Below, piece by piece: positions 10,760 through 20,667 of a DNA stretch of 64,000 nucleotides. The first letter of the stretch is position 1. Each line of letters begins with the position of its first letter. The position numbers and the translations under genes were made by a program. The DNA comes from an uncultured Acidobacteriota bacterium (GTDB lineage Bacteria > Acidobacteriota > UBA6911 > RPQK01 > JAJDTT01): contig CATOST010000027.1 of assembly GCA_951812665.1 (NCBI GenBank), positions 2,117 to 66,116 of the forward strand. The letters are read 5' to 3'. The notes below the pieces were generated by a model. The model did no database searches, was not told the DNA's origin, and saw only the letters and a program-made list of their open reading frames with translations.

Positions 10760-10792
10760 GAAACGGCCGATCGGTCGATTTCAGAGCCCGCT

Positions 10793-12427
10793 TCAGGGCC
10801 GGAGATGCGACGGAAAGGCCAGTCCATCGGCGTCCCTGGTTTCTCGATAGCGCTTCAATCGGGCGTAGATGTCCTGGTACCGGTCCCGGATCCGGGGAGT
10901 CATGGCCGAGCGTATGGACCCTTCCAGGCGCGCCAGGATCTGCCCGCAGGCGTCGTCGTCGAAGGGAAGCCGACCGTCGACGTCGACGTAGACCGGGTTG
11001 GAGTGCGCTTCGGTGCCCGGATCTCCCTGGGCCCTCACGGCCACCCAACCGCTCTCGGTGACCCGAAGCCTTTCGGCATGGTCCCAGACGCTTCGCCCTT
11101 CCGCGTCGAAGTACCGGGAGACGACCCTTCCGTTCCACACGATCTCCAGGTACCGGACCGGATAGAGCGGGCTCCGGACCCGGACCTCCAACTCCAGGCC
11201 GGCGGGCTGATCGCCCGGGAAATGAAGTGATTCTCCGGGACCCTTCCCGTTGACCGAGACCAGGAGCATGGGGCCGCTGGTGACGAAGCTGCGCCCCTGG
11301 ACCACGCCCTCCATGAATCCGCGCGGCGTCGGTCCCGTCTCCGAGAAGACGTAAGTCAGGGTGTCTCCCAATTCTCGGCTGTAGGGAAAGTCGGAAGCGC
11401 CCACGATGGGCCAGCGGACCCCCAGGTTCAGAAAATCGTACCAACCGTCCAGACCCAGTCCCCGGTACCCGCCCAACTGCAGCAATTCCAGGAAGTCCGC
11501 TTTTCCGGTGAGGCCCAGGTAGTCGGCCTCCAGTCGGTAATACCCGCCGTGATTGAGGCCCATGTAGCCGCCCAGTTCCCGGGCCTGATCGCCGATAACG
11601 GCCAGTGAAGGTCCCAGGTTGGCGTTCGCGGTCCATCCCTCGGCCGGCACGTAATCATTGGCCAGAACGATGGTGACGTGTCCCATGGAGGAGTTGCGGT
11701 ATTCCTGGCCCGACGACAGGAAATAGTCTCCCCGCCTCACGTCGGACGCCGGTCCGAGACCGTGGGCTTGGCGCCACGATTCGAACTCCCGGCCCAGGGC
11801 ATACCCACCCGTGTTCATGGACAGGCTGTAGGCATAGCGGATTCCCTTGGCGGAGGTGAGCACGAGCAACTGATCGTCGTTGCTCCCGTCCCGCTCGAAA
11901 TGGATGTGGGTGTCGCCCGCGTACCAGCCCAGCTCCGCCATGTCGATCCAGGGGGAGACGGCAATCGTGGCTTGGCGGACCTCCTTTTCCTTGAGCTGGA
12001 AGACCCGTCGGGTCCGCTGGTACTCGTACCCCTTCCCGACCTCCACCACACAATGGCCGGGAGGGACCCGGACCTTGACGGAGCCGTCGGTGAAGAAGTA
12101 GTCGTCGAGTTTCCGGAACCGCATGGGCCCCTGGCGTTCTCCGTTGGTCCGGCGCAGCGAGTAGGGGAGATAAGGATCCTCCCGGGGTTCCTGGGTGCCT
12201 CCGTTGATGCTGACCGTGGCGCTGACCGGGCGTCCGGTCCGCCCGTCGACGATCTGCAGTCGGAGCGTGGCGGCGTCGGGGCCGGGATCCGGCAGGGGAG
12301 GCGGAAGGGAATGGTCCTCGCTGATCTGGGCCTTGCGGCGGGTCTGCATGGAGTGGACGAAGGTCAGCAGCAGCAACCCGGCAAAGGGGAGAATCAGCCA
12401 CAGCCTTGTGCGGCCCGACCGGCTCAT
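10793..12427 (-). CDS. membrane-anchored PHP/CehA-McbA-like metallohydrolase, paralog B
   Basis: Starts MSRSGRTRLWLILPFAGLLLL (TM anchor), then an Ig-like LRLQIVDGRTGRPVSATVSING segment and a GDTHIHF metal motif. It aligns along its full length with 12424-14142. Confidence 0.7.
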   Translation of the reverse strand: MSRSGRTRLWLILPFAGLLLLTFVHSMQTRRKAQISEDHSLPPPLPDPGPDAATLRLQIVDGRTGRPVSATVSINGGTQEPREDPYLPYSLRRTNGERQGPMRFRKLDDYFFTDGSVKVRVPPGHCVVEVGKGYEYQRTRRVFQLKEKEVRQATIAVSPWIDMAELGWYAGDTHIHFERDGSNDDQLLVLTSAKGIRYAYSLSMNTGGYALGREFESWRQAHGLGPASDVRRGDYFLSSGQEYRNSSMGHVTIVLANDYVPAEGWTANANLGPSLAVIGDQARELGGYMGLNHGGYYRLEADYLGLTGKADFLELLQLGGYRGLGLDGWYDFLNLGVRWPIVGASDFPYSRELGDTLTYVFSETGPTPRGFMEGVVQGRSFVTSGPMLLVSVNGKGPGESLHFPGDQPAGLELEVRVRSPLYPVRYLEIVWNGRVVSRYFDAEGRSVWDHAERLRVTESGWVAVRAQGDPGTEAHSNPVYVDVDGRLPFDDDACGQILARLEGSIRSAMTPRIRDRYQDIYARLKRYRETRDADGLAFPSHLRP

Positions 12428-14142
12428 CTCGACGTCGCTCCTTTCGCCGCCGCCGGGTCCGCGGTGGATCGTTTTCTCTCGGCCTCCGCGATCCGGGAGA
12501 CGGTGGGCAGAGCCAGTCCCTGGGAGTCGCCGGTATCCCGGTAACGGGCCAGCCGGTCCCTCAGGGTTCGGACCCGCTCGGCCACGGTCGGTTCGGGGAT
12601 CGCGCGGATGGAGGAGTCCAGACGGGCCAGAATCTGGCCGCACGCGTCGTCATCGAAGGGGAGTTTGCCGTCCAGGTAGACGTAGACCGGATTGGAGTGA
12701 GCCTCGGTGCCGGCGTCCGAGTATGCCCGGACGGCCACCCAGCCGCTGGAAGAGAGTTCGATCCTGCGGCTCAGTTCCCAGGAGGCTCGGCCCTCGGCCG
12801 CGAAGTCCCGGGACACGACGCGTCCATTCCGGATCAGGTCCACGTATCGAATCGGGTAAACGGGACTGGAGACCCGGACCTCCACCTGCAGCTCCAGTCG
12901 GTTCTCCCCTTCGGCCAGGATCGACTCTCCCGGCTGCTTCCCGTCGACGGTCACTCGAAGCATGGGACCGGAGGTGGCGAAGCTCTCTCCCCGGACCAGC
13001 CCCTCTACGAATCCCCGGGGAGTGGGAGGACGGGAAGCTCGTACGTAGGTGAGGCAGTCTCCCAGCTCGCGGGTGGCTGGATAGTCGGAGGCGCCGACGA
13101 TGGGCCAGCGGTAACCCAGGTTCAGGAAGTCGTACCATCCGTCGAGCCCCAACCCCCGATAGCCTCCGAACTGGAGCAGCTCCAGGAACTCCATCTTGCC
13201 GGAAAGCGCGAGGGAGTCCGCCTCCAGGCGCGTGTAGCCGCCGTGATTGAGGCCGATCACTCCCCCCAGCTCCCGGGCCTGATCGCCGATGATCCCCAAG
13301 GACGGCCCCCGGTCGGTGTTGCGAGTGTGACCCACACCGGGGACGTACTCTTTGGCCATGAGAATGGTGACGTGTCCCAGGGTCCGAGTGCGATACTCCT
13401 GGCCCGAAGTGAGGAAATAGGGGCCCCGATTGCGGACGGAGCCGTCGCCCAGGCCGTGGGCCTGATGCCACGACTCGAACGCCCCGCCCAGCGAGTAACC
13501 CCGGGTGTTCATGGAGAGGCTGAAGGCATAGCGGATGTCCCGGGCCGAAGTCAGAGTCAGCAGGTCGTCGTCGTTGGTTCCGGTGCGTTCGAAGTGGATG
13601 TGGGTGTCACCGGAATACCAGCCCAGGGCCGCCATGTCGATCCAGCGGGAGAGGGTGACGGTGGCGTCCAGGACCTGCCCCGGATCCAGTTCGAAGCTGC
13701 GGTTCGAGGGGATGTATTCATATCCCTTGCGGACCTCCACCGTACACCGCCCGGGCGGGACCTTCAGGCTGAGAGTGCCGTCGGTGTAGAAGTAGTAGCT
13801 CAACGGGCGGAACCGGATCGGTCCCTTGTGCCGATTGGCGGAACGCCTCAGGGAGTGTTCCAGGTAGGCCTCTTCGCCCTCGACGGCTCCTCCGTTGACA
13901 CTCACGGTGGCGCTGACGGGAGCTTCCGAGCCACGCTCTATGATCTTCAGGTTCAAGGTGGCCGCGTCGGCTCCGACTTCTACCGGCGGAGGGGGCGACG
14001 GCGCCGGAACTTCCAACTGCCGGTGGCGGCGCAGTTGCATGGAATAGGCGAACGAGATCAGCAGGCCGCCCAGAAACAGGATCCGGATTCGCCTCACCGC
14101 CGGACGGATCGGACTCGACATTTCAGCTTCTCCAAGTGTCAC
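12424..14142 (-). CDS. membrane-anchored PHP/CehA-McbA-like metallohydrolase, paralog A
   Basis: 572-aa ORF; an alternative start MSSPIRP lies at 14121. It has the same architecture as paralog B, including GDTHIHF. Its stop overlaps the start of paralog B (ATGA at 12424-12427). Confidence 0.7.
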   Translation of the reverse strand: MTLGEAEMSSPIRPAVRRIRILFLGGLLISFAYSMQLRRHRQLEVPAPSPPPPVEVGADAATLNLKIIERGSEAPVSATVSVNGGAVEGEEAYLEHSLRRSANRHKGPIRFRPLSYYFYTDGTLSLKVPPGRCTVEVRKGYEYIPSNRSFELDPGQVLDATVTLSRWIDMAALGWYSGDTHIHFERTGTNDDDLLTLTSARDIRYAFSLSMNTRGYSLGGAFESWHQAHGLGDGSVRNRGPYFLTSGQEYRTRTLGHVTILMAKEYVPGVGHTRNTDRGPSLGIIGDQARELGGVIGLNHGGYTRLEADSLALSGKMEFLELLQFGGYRGLGLDGWYDFLNLGYRWPIVGASDYPATRELGDCLTYVRASRPPTPRGFVEGLVRGESFATSGPMLRVTVDGKQPGESILAEGENRLELQVEVRVSSPVYPIRYVDLIRNGRVVSRDFAAEGRASWELSRRIELSSSGWVAVRAYSDAGTEAHSNPVYVYLDGKLPFDDDACGQILARLDSSIRAIPEPTVAERVRTLRDRLARYRDTGDSQGLALPTVSRIAEAERKRSTADPAAAKGATSR

Positions 14143-14187
14143 CGACGAGCGTCAACCGATGGTTCCGCGAGAGACTCTCCCTTTCCT

Positions 14188-15501
14188 TCAACCAGTCGCC
14201 CGGGCCTCCACGGCGGAGGAGGCCAGGGCGGCGCCGATTCCGGATCCATCCTTGACCAGACGGCATTCTATCCGATCGGCGCGGGAACCGAGGACACTTC
14301 GGAGCATCCGGCGCATGGCCTCGGGATAACCCGGAGCGTGCTCGAACAGTGAGCCGTCCACGGTCATCACGTGGAGATCCTCCAGTCCCGGATCGACCCA
14401 CTCCGCCGTGGCGGTCATGGCCAGGGCACTGAGCTGGGCCGACCGTTTCAGTATCATGCGGGCCAGGGAGACCGCCTGTTGCCGCTGCTCCAGGAGATCT
14501 TCCTCCACGCCCAGTCGTTCCAGAAAGCGGCGCGTCTCCGGCAGATCCCCCGAATCCGCGGCCAGGCTCGAGAGATCCTCCGCATCCACGGTACCCCGCT
14601 CCCCGAATCGTCCCGACGGATGGGTCCCGTCCAGAAGCCGGCGCAGAAGCCCGCCCAGGTAACGGCCGGCCACCATCTTCTCGAACCGTTGCTGTCCCGG
14701 ATTTCGGGACCGGGAGTCCAGGTCGCGGTCGACAGGCGTGAGGATCCGGTCCCGGAGGGGGCCGAAATTGAAGTTGCCGCACTCGAAATTGATGGCCGTG
14801 GACCCCAGCCAGGCGGCCAGGTTGGTGCCGGTTCCCAGGATTCCTCCGGCCAGGGTCCGGCGGTCGCTGAAATACCCCAGGATCAGGGTTCCCACCGTGT
14901 CGTTCAGCAGGACGTTGACCTTCACTCCTTGCAGGCCGGCCTGCCGGCAGGCCCGGGCCAGTTCCGGCACCGGGTCCCGTCCCACCAGGTCGGGCAGGTC
15001 CCACTCCTTGGTCCATTTCAGGAGGACGCCCCGGTCCGCCGACTCCATGCGCGTCGGGAAGGCGAAGGTGAACCCCACCCGAAGGCCGGAGGCGGCGATT
15101 CCCTCCCGTTCCAAGGTCTGGGCGATGCCGGCAGCGAGGAATCGAAAGAGGTCCCGGGAATGAGCCTCGCGATCCGCCTTCCCCCGCTTGAGCCTGGAAG
15201 GAATGGGAAAGATCCGGATTCGAGGATTCCCGGCAAGAGTCTGATCGGGGTTGACCGAGAGCACCACCACCCGGAAGTTGGTGCCGCTCAGGTCCAGACC
15301 CACAAAGGTTCCCGGATGAAAACGGGCGGTTTTGGGAATGAAGGTCCGGATCATGGCCAGGGAACCGGAGCGGTCCGCCGCCAGTCCCAATTCCATCTGA
15401 TGCTTGAATTCGTCGATGATGGAACGGGCCGTCGCTGACGGGGACAGGTCCCAGTTCCGGGACAGGGAACCGTCTCCTGCGGGGTAGGGAATCGAACTCA
15501 C
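14188..15501 (-). CDS. hexokinase-family sugar kinase (eukaryote-type hexokinase fold)
   Basis: Motifs include LDLSGTNFRVVVL, GFTFAFP, LLNDTVGTL, ILGTGTNLAAW, ECGNFN and FEKMVAGRYLG. The GTG start overlaps the stop of the upstream DinB-like gene (GTGA). Confidence 0.8.
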   Translation of the reverse strand: MSSIPYPAGDGSLSRNWDLSPSATARSIIDEFKHQMELGLAADRSGSLAMIRTFIPKTARFHPGTFVGLDLSGTNFRVVVLSVNPDQTLAGNPRIRIFPIPSRLKRGKADREAHSRDLFRFLAAGIAQTLEREGIAASGLRVGFTFAFPTRMESADRGVLLKWTKEWDLPDLVGRDPVPELARACRQAGLQGVKVNVLLNDTVGTLILGYFSDRRTLAGGILGTGTNLAAWLGSTAINFECGNFNFGPLRDRILTPVDRDLDSRSRNPGQQRFEKMVAGRYLGGLLRRLLDGTHPSGRFGERGTVDAEDLSSLAADSGDLPETRRFLERLGVEEDLLEQRQQAVSLARMILKRSAQLSALAMTATAEWVDPGLEDLHVMTVDGSLFEHAPGYPEAMRRMLRSVLGSRADRIECRLVKDGSGIGAALASSAVEARATG

Positions 15502-16013
15502 ATTCCCACCGGTTTCTCGTCGGCAGAGGGACCGTAGATGGAGGGGACCGGGATGTCGTTCAGGCGCAAATAGACTCCGAGCTGGGCGCGGTGGTGAATG
15601 AGGTGGTTCATGACGAAGGTCCGCAGGACCGCGACTTTGGGCATGCTGAAAACGGTGGCCCCGTTTCGGAGGAGCGACCAGGGTTTGGAAAAGGCCGCGT
15701 CGTCGGCGCCGGCGATGGCGGCGCGTGCCTCGCGAACGCGCTGGTCGAACTCGGCGAGCAGCTGATCCACGCTGGTGGGAGCCGGGGGCTGCGGGCGGGG
15801 TTTTCCGCCGGGCGTGAGGTCCAGCTCGTCCTCATGGATCGTGATGATGGCCCAGTAGGGGATATTAGCCAGGTGACTCGCAAGCCAGATCATGCTCCCG
15901 GACCTGGGGTGGGGCTTCCAGTCGAACCGGTCTTCCGGCACCCGCTCCAGGGTCCTGCGAGCGCCGTCGATCTCCTGATCGAATTCGGACAACAAGGTTT
16001 CGCTGATGGACAT
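15498..16013 (-). CDS. DinB-family (DinB_2) protein
   Basis: 171 aa. Motifs include WLASHLANIPYW and VMNHLIHHRAQLGVYLRL. Confidence 0.75.
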   Translation of the reverse strand: MSISETLLSEFDQEIDGARRTLERVPEDRFDWKPHPRSGSMIWLASHLANIPYWAIITIHEDELDLTPGGKPRPQPPAPTSVDQLLAEFDQRVREARAAIAGADDAAFSKPWSLLRNGATVFSMPKVAVLRTFVMNHLIHHRAQLGVYLRLNDIPVPSIYGPSADEKPVGM

Positions 16014-16296
16014 CTATTTTCTCCTCCGTGGGCCGGCGGCTCCGGGGATCTTGTCCCACGAGTCCGTTCTCCGGCAGAATCTCTCAAAGAACGGAAAAGG
16101 GGTCAATCGGAAAACCCTCGATGTCGGTTCGGATCATCCCGAATGTCACCCTTTCCGGTTATCCCTCGAACTCGTTATTTCATGTAAGGAAGGCTCCGTG
16201 GTCTTTATGCCGCCCGAAATAGTTGAGAACTTGCCGACACTCTCAGTCAGACTCGGCCTTCCCTCAGGGAAAATGCGGGTCGCCTCCTAACCGCCC

Positions 16297-17248
16297 ATGG
16301 ATGCCCCGCCTGCCGAATTGGGACTCCGTCCGGGAGCTCCCCTGGCTCCCCCTGACCACGCTGGCCATTGGCGGAAGCGGGCCGTTGGCTGCTGGAATTG
16401 CGCGACCCGGGACTGCTGGACACCGCCTGGGGATGGGCCGGGCGCCAGGGTCTACCGGTTCTCTTTCTGGGAGCGGGGAGCAACGTCCTCTTCGCGGACG
16501 CCGGCTATGAGGGGCTGGTCGTACGGAATCGCCTGCGGGGACGGGAGCGCGCCGGGAACGAGGTTCGGGTATCGGGCGGAGAGGACCTGGGGGAGACCAT
16601 CCGCTGGGTCAACGGACTCGGTCTGGCCGGGATGGAGCGCCTCTACGGGATTCCGGGAACCTTGGCCGGCGCCGTGGTGGGCAACGCGGGCGCCTACGGA
16701 CAGGAGATCGGGGATCGGATCCGGGAAATCTCCTTCTGGTCGCCGGAGCAGGGTGTCCGCACGCTTCCCGCCTGCGAACTGGATTTTCGTTACCGGCACA
16801 GTCTCTTCAAGGAACGCCGGGACTGGTTCATGCTCTCCTGCACCTTGGCTCTGGAGCCGGCTTCGAGCCGCTGCAGCCGGTCTCGGACAAGATTCTGGCC
16901 ACGCGCCTGGCCAAGTACCCGGTGGGCCTGAAATGCCCGGGAAGCTTCTTCAAGAACGTGATTGCGGCTGAGCTGGAGCCGGAGATTCGGAGCAGGATTC
17001 CCTCGGATTTCATCCTTTACGGGAAGATTCCGGCCGGCAGACTCCTGGACGAGGTGGGCGCCCGGGGGCGGCGGATCGGAGGCGCCCTGATCGCGCCTCA
17101 TCACGCCAACCTGTTCGTCAACGAAGAAGGCGCAGCCAGCCGTGATATGCTGATTTTGGCCCGGAAATACTCGAACCGGGTCCGGGAGAGATTCGAAATC
17201 GAGTTGGAACCCGAGATCCTGATCGTCAGTCCAAACCAATGGCTTTAA
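16297..17248 (+). CDS. murB: UDP-N-acetylenolpyruvoylglucosamine reductase, reading frame broken about 3 times
   Basis: Segments lie in three frames: MDAPPAELGLRPGAPLAP / LTTLAIGGSG / RWLLELRDPG...LGAGSNVLFADAGYEGLVV...GIPGTLAGAVVGNAGAYGQE...CTLALEP / GFEPLQPVSDKILATRLAKYPVGLKCPGSFFKN...HHANLFVNEEGA. Shifts are at the C-run 16348-16352, the G-run 16379-16381 and GG 16859-16860. Confidence 0.8.
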
Positions 17249-18532
17249 CCGCGTTAGACACCCATCGAGCGCCGACACGCAAGTTCCTCATCGAGGGGGG
17301 ATACACCCTCTACGGCGACTACCCGTCCAGGGCAACAAGAATGCCGCCCTGCCGCTGATCTGCGCCGTCCTGCTGGCCCGTTCCCGGGTGGTTTTGAACC
17401 GGGTGCCCCGCATCGACGACGTGGAGAACCTGCTGCGGTTGGTCCGGGTCGTGGGCGTGGAGGCCGAATGGCAGGGAGAAGACCTCCATCTGGACTCGAG
17501 CGGGTTGAAGCCGGAGCAGCTTCCCGCCGATCTGGTGGAGAAGCTCCGGGGCGCCATCCTGCTTCTGGGTCCCTTGGCCGCCGCTTTCGGGCGGGTCTCC
17601 TGCGTCAGTCCCGGCGGCTGCCCCATCGGCCGCCGGTCCTTCGACGTCCACTGGTCGGTCCTGGAAGCGGCCGGCTTCCGGGTCCGGGAAGACAGCTCCT
17701 CCATCGACATCCTCAAGAGCCGGCAGGTGGAAGACCAGGTGGTCTATCTGGAGGAGGCGTCGGTCACGGCCACTGAGAACGCCCTGCTTCTGTTCTCGGC
17801 GTTGGGCGGTGGAACGATCCGGAATCCGGCTCGCGAGCCGCATGTTCTCGCCGTGGTGGATTTCCTGCGGGAACTGGGTTGCCGCATCGAGCTCCACCCC
17901 CTCTATTACCGGGTTCTCAGCGGCGTCGGTGAACGGAAGGAGGAGGTGGAGTTCGACGTGCCGCCGGACTACATCGATGCCGGCACCTTGGCCATCGCCA
18001 CTGCCGTGACCCACGGCTCGGTTCGTCTCCTGGGTGTCGGGCAGCAAGACCTGATGGGCGTCATCCCCCGTGCTGGAGCGGTTCGGGAATCGAGTTTCGG
18101 CCCTGTGAAGGCGGGTTGCAGGTCGAAGCCTCCAGAATGGTCAACCCCTCGCAGCTCACCGCCGGTCCGTGGCCACTGTTTCCCACCGACCTGGTGTCGC
18201 TGGTGATCGTGTTGGCGACTCAGGCCCAGGGGTTGTGCCTGGTCCACGACTGGATGTACGAGGCCCGCATGTTCTTCGTGGACAAACTGGTTCGAATGGG
18301 AGCCCGGATCACCATGTGCGACCCCCACCGGGTTCTGGTGGAAGGCCCGCGCCGTCTCCGCGGCAAGCAACTGGAGTCTCCCGACATCCGGGCCGGCATG
18401 GCGCTACTGGTGGCCGGCCTGTGCGCCCAGGGCGACACCCGAATCGAGCACGCCGAAGTGGTGTTGCGGGGATACGAGAACGTGGTGGGCAGGCTGCGCG
18501 GCGTCGGCGCCCGGATCCGAGGCGAGAGCTAG
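17239..18532 (+). CDS. murA: UDP-N-acetylglucosamine 1-carboxyvinyltransferase, reading frame broken about 3 times
   Basis: KFLIEGGYTLYGDYP / VQGNKNAALPLICAVLL has the same spacing as E. coli LQGEVTISGAKNAALP. The C-terminal part reads PFPTDLVSL...DWMYEARMFFVDKLVRMGA...DIRAGMALLVAGL. Shifts are at ~17325, the C-run 18065-18069 and the G-run 18085-18087. Confidence 0.85.
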
Positions 18533-18924
18533 CGAGTTGACCGGATGCTCCTCCGAAAGGTTCTGAAGCTGACGGCCGTGGCCGGATGCATTCTCCTGGC
18601 GAACTTCTGGCCACCCTGCAGCTATCTGATGCTGCCCCACTATCACGAGATTCGCCGGCGCGACGCCGTCGTTCGGGTCGATCCCGATCTCCATTACTTC
18701 GGAGTCATCTGATGCCGGTCGACTTGAGCTCTTTCCGCTGGAACCGGCTCTACTGGGCGGTAGCCGGATACACGCTCGTCCTGACCCTTCTCCTGTATCT
18801 CATCAGCTGAAAGCCGGGAGTTCGTGGTGAAAACCGACATGGCGAACCGCCTCGACACCGCCCATCTTACTGCTCTTTTCCCAGTTTTCCTGTCTCTCCA
18901 ATATCACCTGCCATCAGCGACCAC

Positions 18925-18945
18925 GGGCGACCACAAGGGTCGCCC
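18925..18945. repeat. REP-like hairpin GGGCGACC-ACAA-GGGTCGCCC
   Basis: Near-perfect 8-bp stem, 30 nt upstream of the SSF gene start. It has the same GGCGAC/GTCGCC core as the hairpins at 28531 and 61902-62062. Confidence 0.5.
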
Positions 18946-18975
18946 CTACACTGCCTTCATTGATCCTCCAACGCC

Positions 18976-20648
18976 GTGACAGTTCTCGACTGGGCGGTCT
19001 TTTCCTTTTACGTGGTCCTGATCCTCCTGGTCGGTCTGTATCAGAGCCGGAAGAGCACCGGTGTCGAAGGCTATTTCCTGGGGAACCGCAGCCTTTCCTG
19101 GGGCCTGATCGGCCTCTCCGTCATGGCCACCCAGGCCAGCGCCATCACCTTCATCGGAACCACCGGGCAGTCCTACGGCTTCGGTATGAAGTTCATCCAG
19201 GTCTACCTGCCCCAGCCGCTGGTGATGGTGGTTCTCTGCAGTTCCCCCTGTTCGTCCCCTTCTTCTATCGTCGGAGGGTCTACACCGCGTACGAGTTCCT
19301 GGAGCAGCGCTTCGACGCCCGGACCCGTTCCCTGACCAGCTTCCTGTTCCTGGTCTCCCGCGGCTTGGCCGCCGGAATCGTCCTCTATGCTCCCGCAGTG
19401 GTGCTCTCGGTTCTGATGGGCTGGGACGAACTGGTCACGGTGCTGATCATTGGAGCCGTGACCATTCTCTACACCGCAGCGGGGGGAATTACCGCGGTCA
19501 TCTGGACCGACGTGCTGCAGATGTTGCTCATGTTCGGCGGGATCGGCGCGGCGCTCTGGACCCTCTTCGGTGAGCTGCCTCCTCAGGTCGGCGTGGGGGA
19601 CGTCTTCTTTATCGGCGGAATCGAGGAGATGTGGAAGAGTGTGGACCTCTCTCCGGACCCCCGGAAGACATATACGCTCTGGTCCGGGCTCGTAGGCGGA
19701 TTCTTTCTGGCCCTTGCCTACTTCGGATGCGACCAGAGCCAGGTCCAGCGTTATCTGACGGCCCGGTCCCTGACCCAGAGCCGCCTCGCCCTCCTCTTCA
19801 ACGCCTTCTTCAAGGTGCCCATGCAGTTCTTGATCCTGGCCATCGGGGTGCTGCTCTTCGTCTTCTACCACTTCGAGCAGCCGCCTCTGATCTTCAACCC
19901 GGCGGAAGAGGCGCAGGTGCGCCAGAGCGGCCAGGGTCCGGCCTACGAGGAGTTGGAAAAGAACTACCGGGACCTTCATTCACTCCGGCGGGAGGCGACG
20001 CTGGACCTGGTCCAAACCCGCCAGGAGGGGGGCGACCTGGAGCCCGTCCGCTCCAAGATCCGGGAATACCATACCGAGATGGAGGCGTTGCGCGGCCGTT
20101 CCAAGGCGCTGGTCGAGACGGTCCAGGGCCGGTCGTCGACCGATGTCAACTACGTCTTTCCTTCCTATCTGGTCAGCTACGTGCCGGCGGGGATCCTGGG
20201 CTTGATGATCGCCGTCATCTTTGCCGCTGCCATGTCTTCATTGGACTCGGAGCTGACGGCGCTCTCCAGCGCCACGGTCATGGATTTCTACCGCCGGTAT
20301 CTGGTTCGAGGGGCCTCCGCCCGGCACTATCTCTGGGCGGCGCGCCTCGCCACCCTGGCTTGGGGCGTGTTGGCTACGGGAGTGGCGCTTTACGTGGGCC
20401 AGCAGGAGGCGTCTCTCTTGGAGCTGGTCAACCAGGTCGGCTCCTACTTCTACGGCTCCCTGTTGGGAGTCTTCCTCTTGGCCTTCCTGGCCCCCTGGGC
20501 CACGGCGCGGGGAGCATTCTGGGGGTTGATCGCGGGGATGGCCAGCGTGTGGGCGGTCAGCGAGTACACCTCGTTGTCGTTTCTCTACTACAACGTTGTG
20601 GGCTGCGCGGGCGTGGTGGTCGCCGCCTACCTCCTCAAGCGCCGGTGA
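18976..20648 (+). CDS. sodium:solute symporter (SSF family), one frameshift near 19210-19248
   Basis: The N-terminus MTVLDWAVFSFYVVLILLVGLY...YFLGNRSLSWGLIGLSVMATQASAITFIG is in the frame of ORF 18976. The remainder, FPLFVPFFYRRRVYTAYEFLEQRF...TAAGGITAVIWTDVLQM..., is in the frame of ORF 18960. Confidence 0.85.
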
Positions 20649-20667
20649 TCTCGCATTGAAAACCTCT

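Noticed and set aside
12406-14352. Very long ORFs lie antisense to, or out of frame with, recognised genes. Examples are 12406-14352 + (648 aa), 33272-35074 + (600 aa), 8802-11636 - (944 aa), 50002-51480 - and 56470-57810 -.
   Set aside because: These are typical high-GC open-frame artefacts, rich in R, P, G and A with no motifs. Each overlaps a gene that has clear family motifs. The 944-aa ORF is a read-through of a real 424-aa gene into the alternative frames of nfi and a PHP-like gene.
18586-18810. A small ORF ending in a hydrophobic segment (MPVDLSSFRWNRLYWAVAGYTLVLTLLLYLIS) upstream of the SSF gene could be a symporter small subunit (DUF4212/DUF485-like).
   Set aside because: It has only one TM-like stretch of ~20 residues and no match to the two-TM pattern of those families. 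The region is error-prone with frameshifts, so the ORF limits are unreliable.
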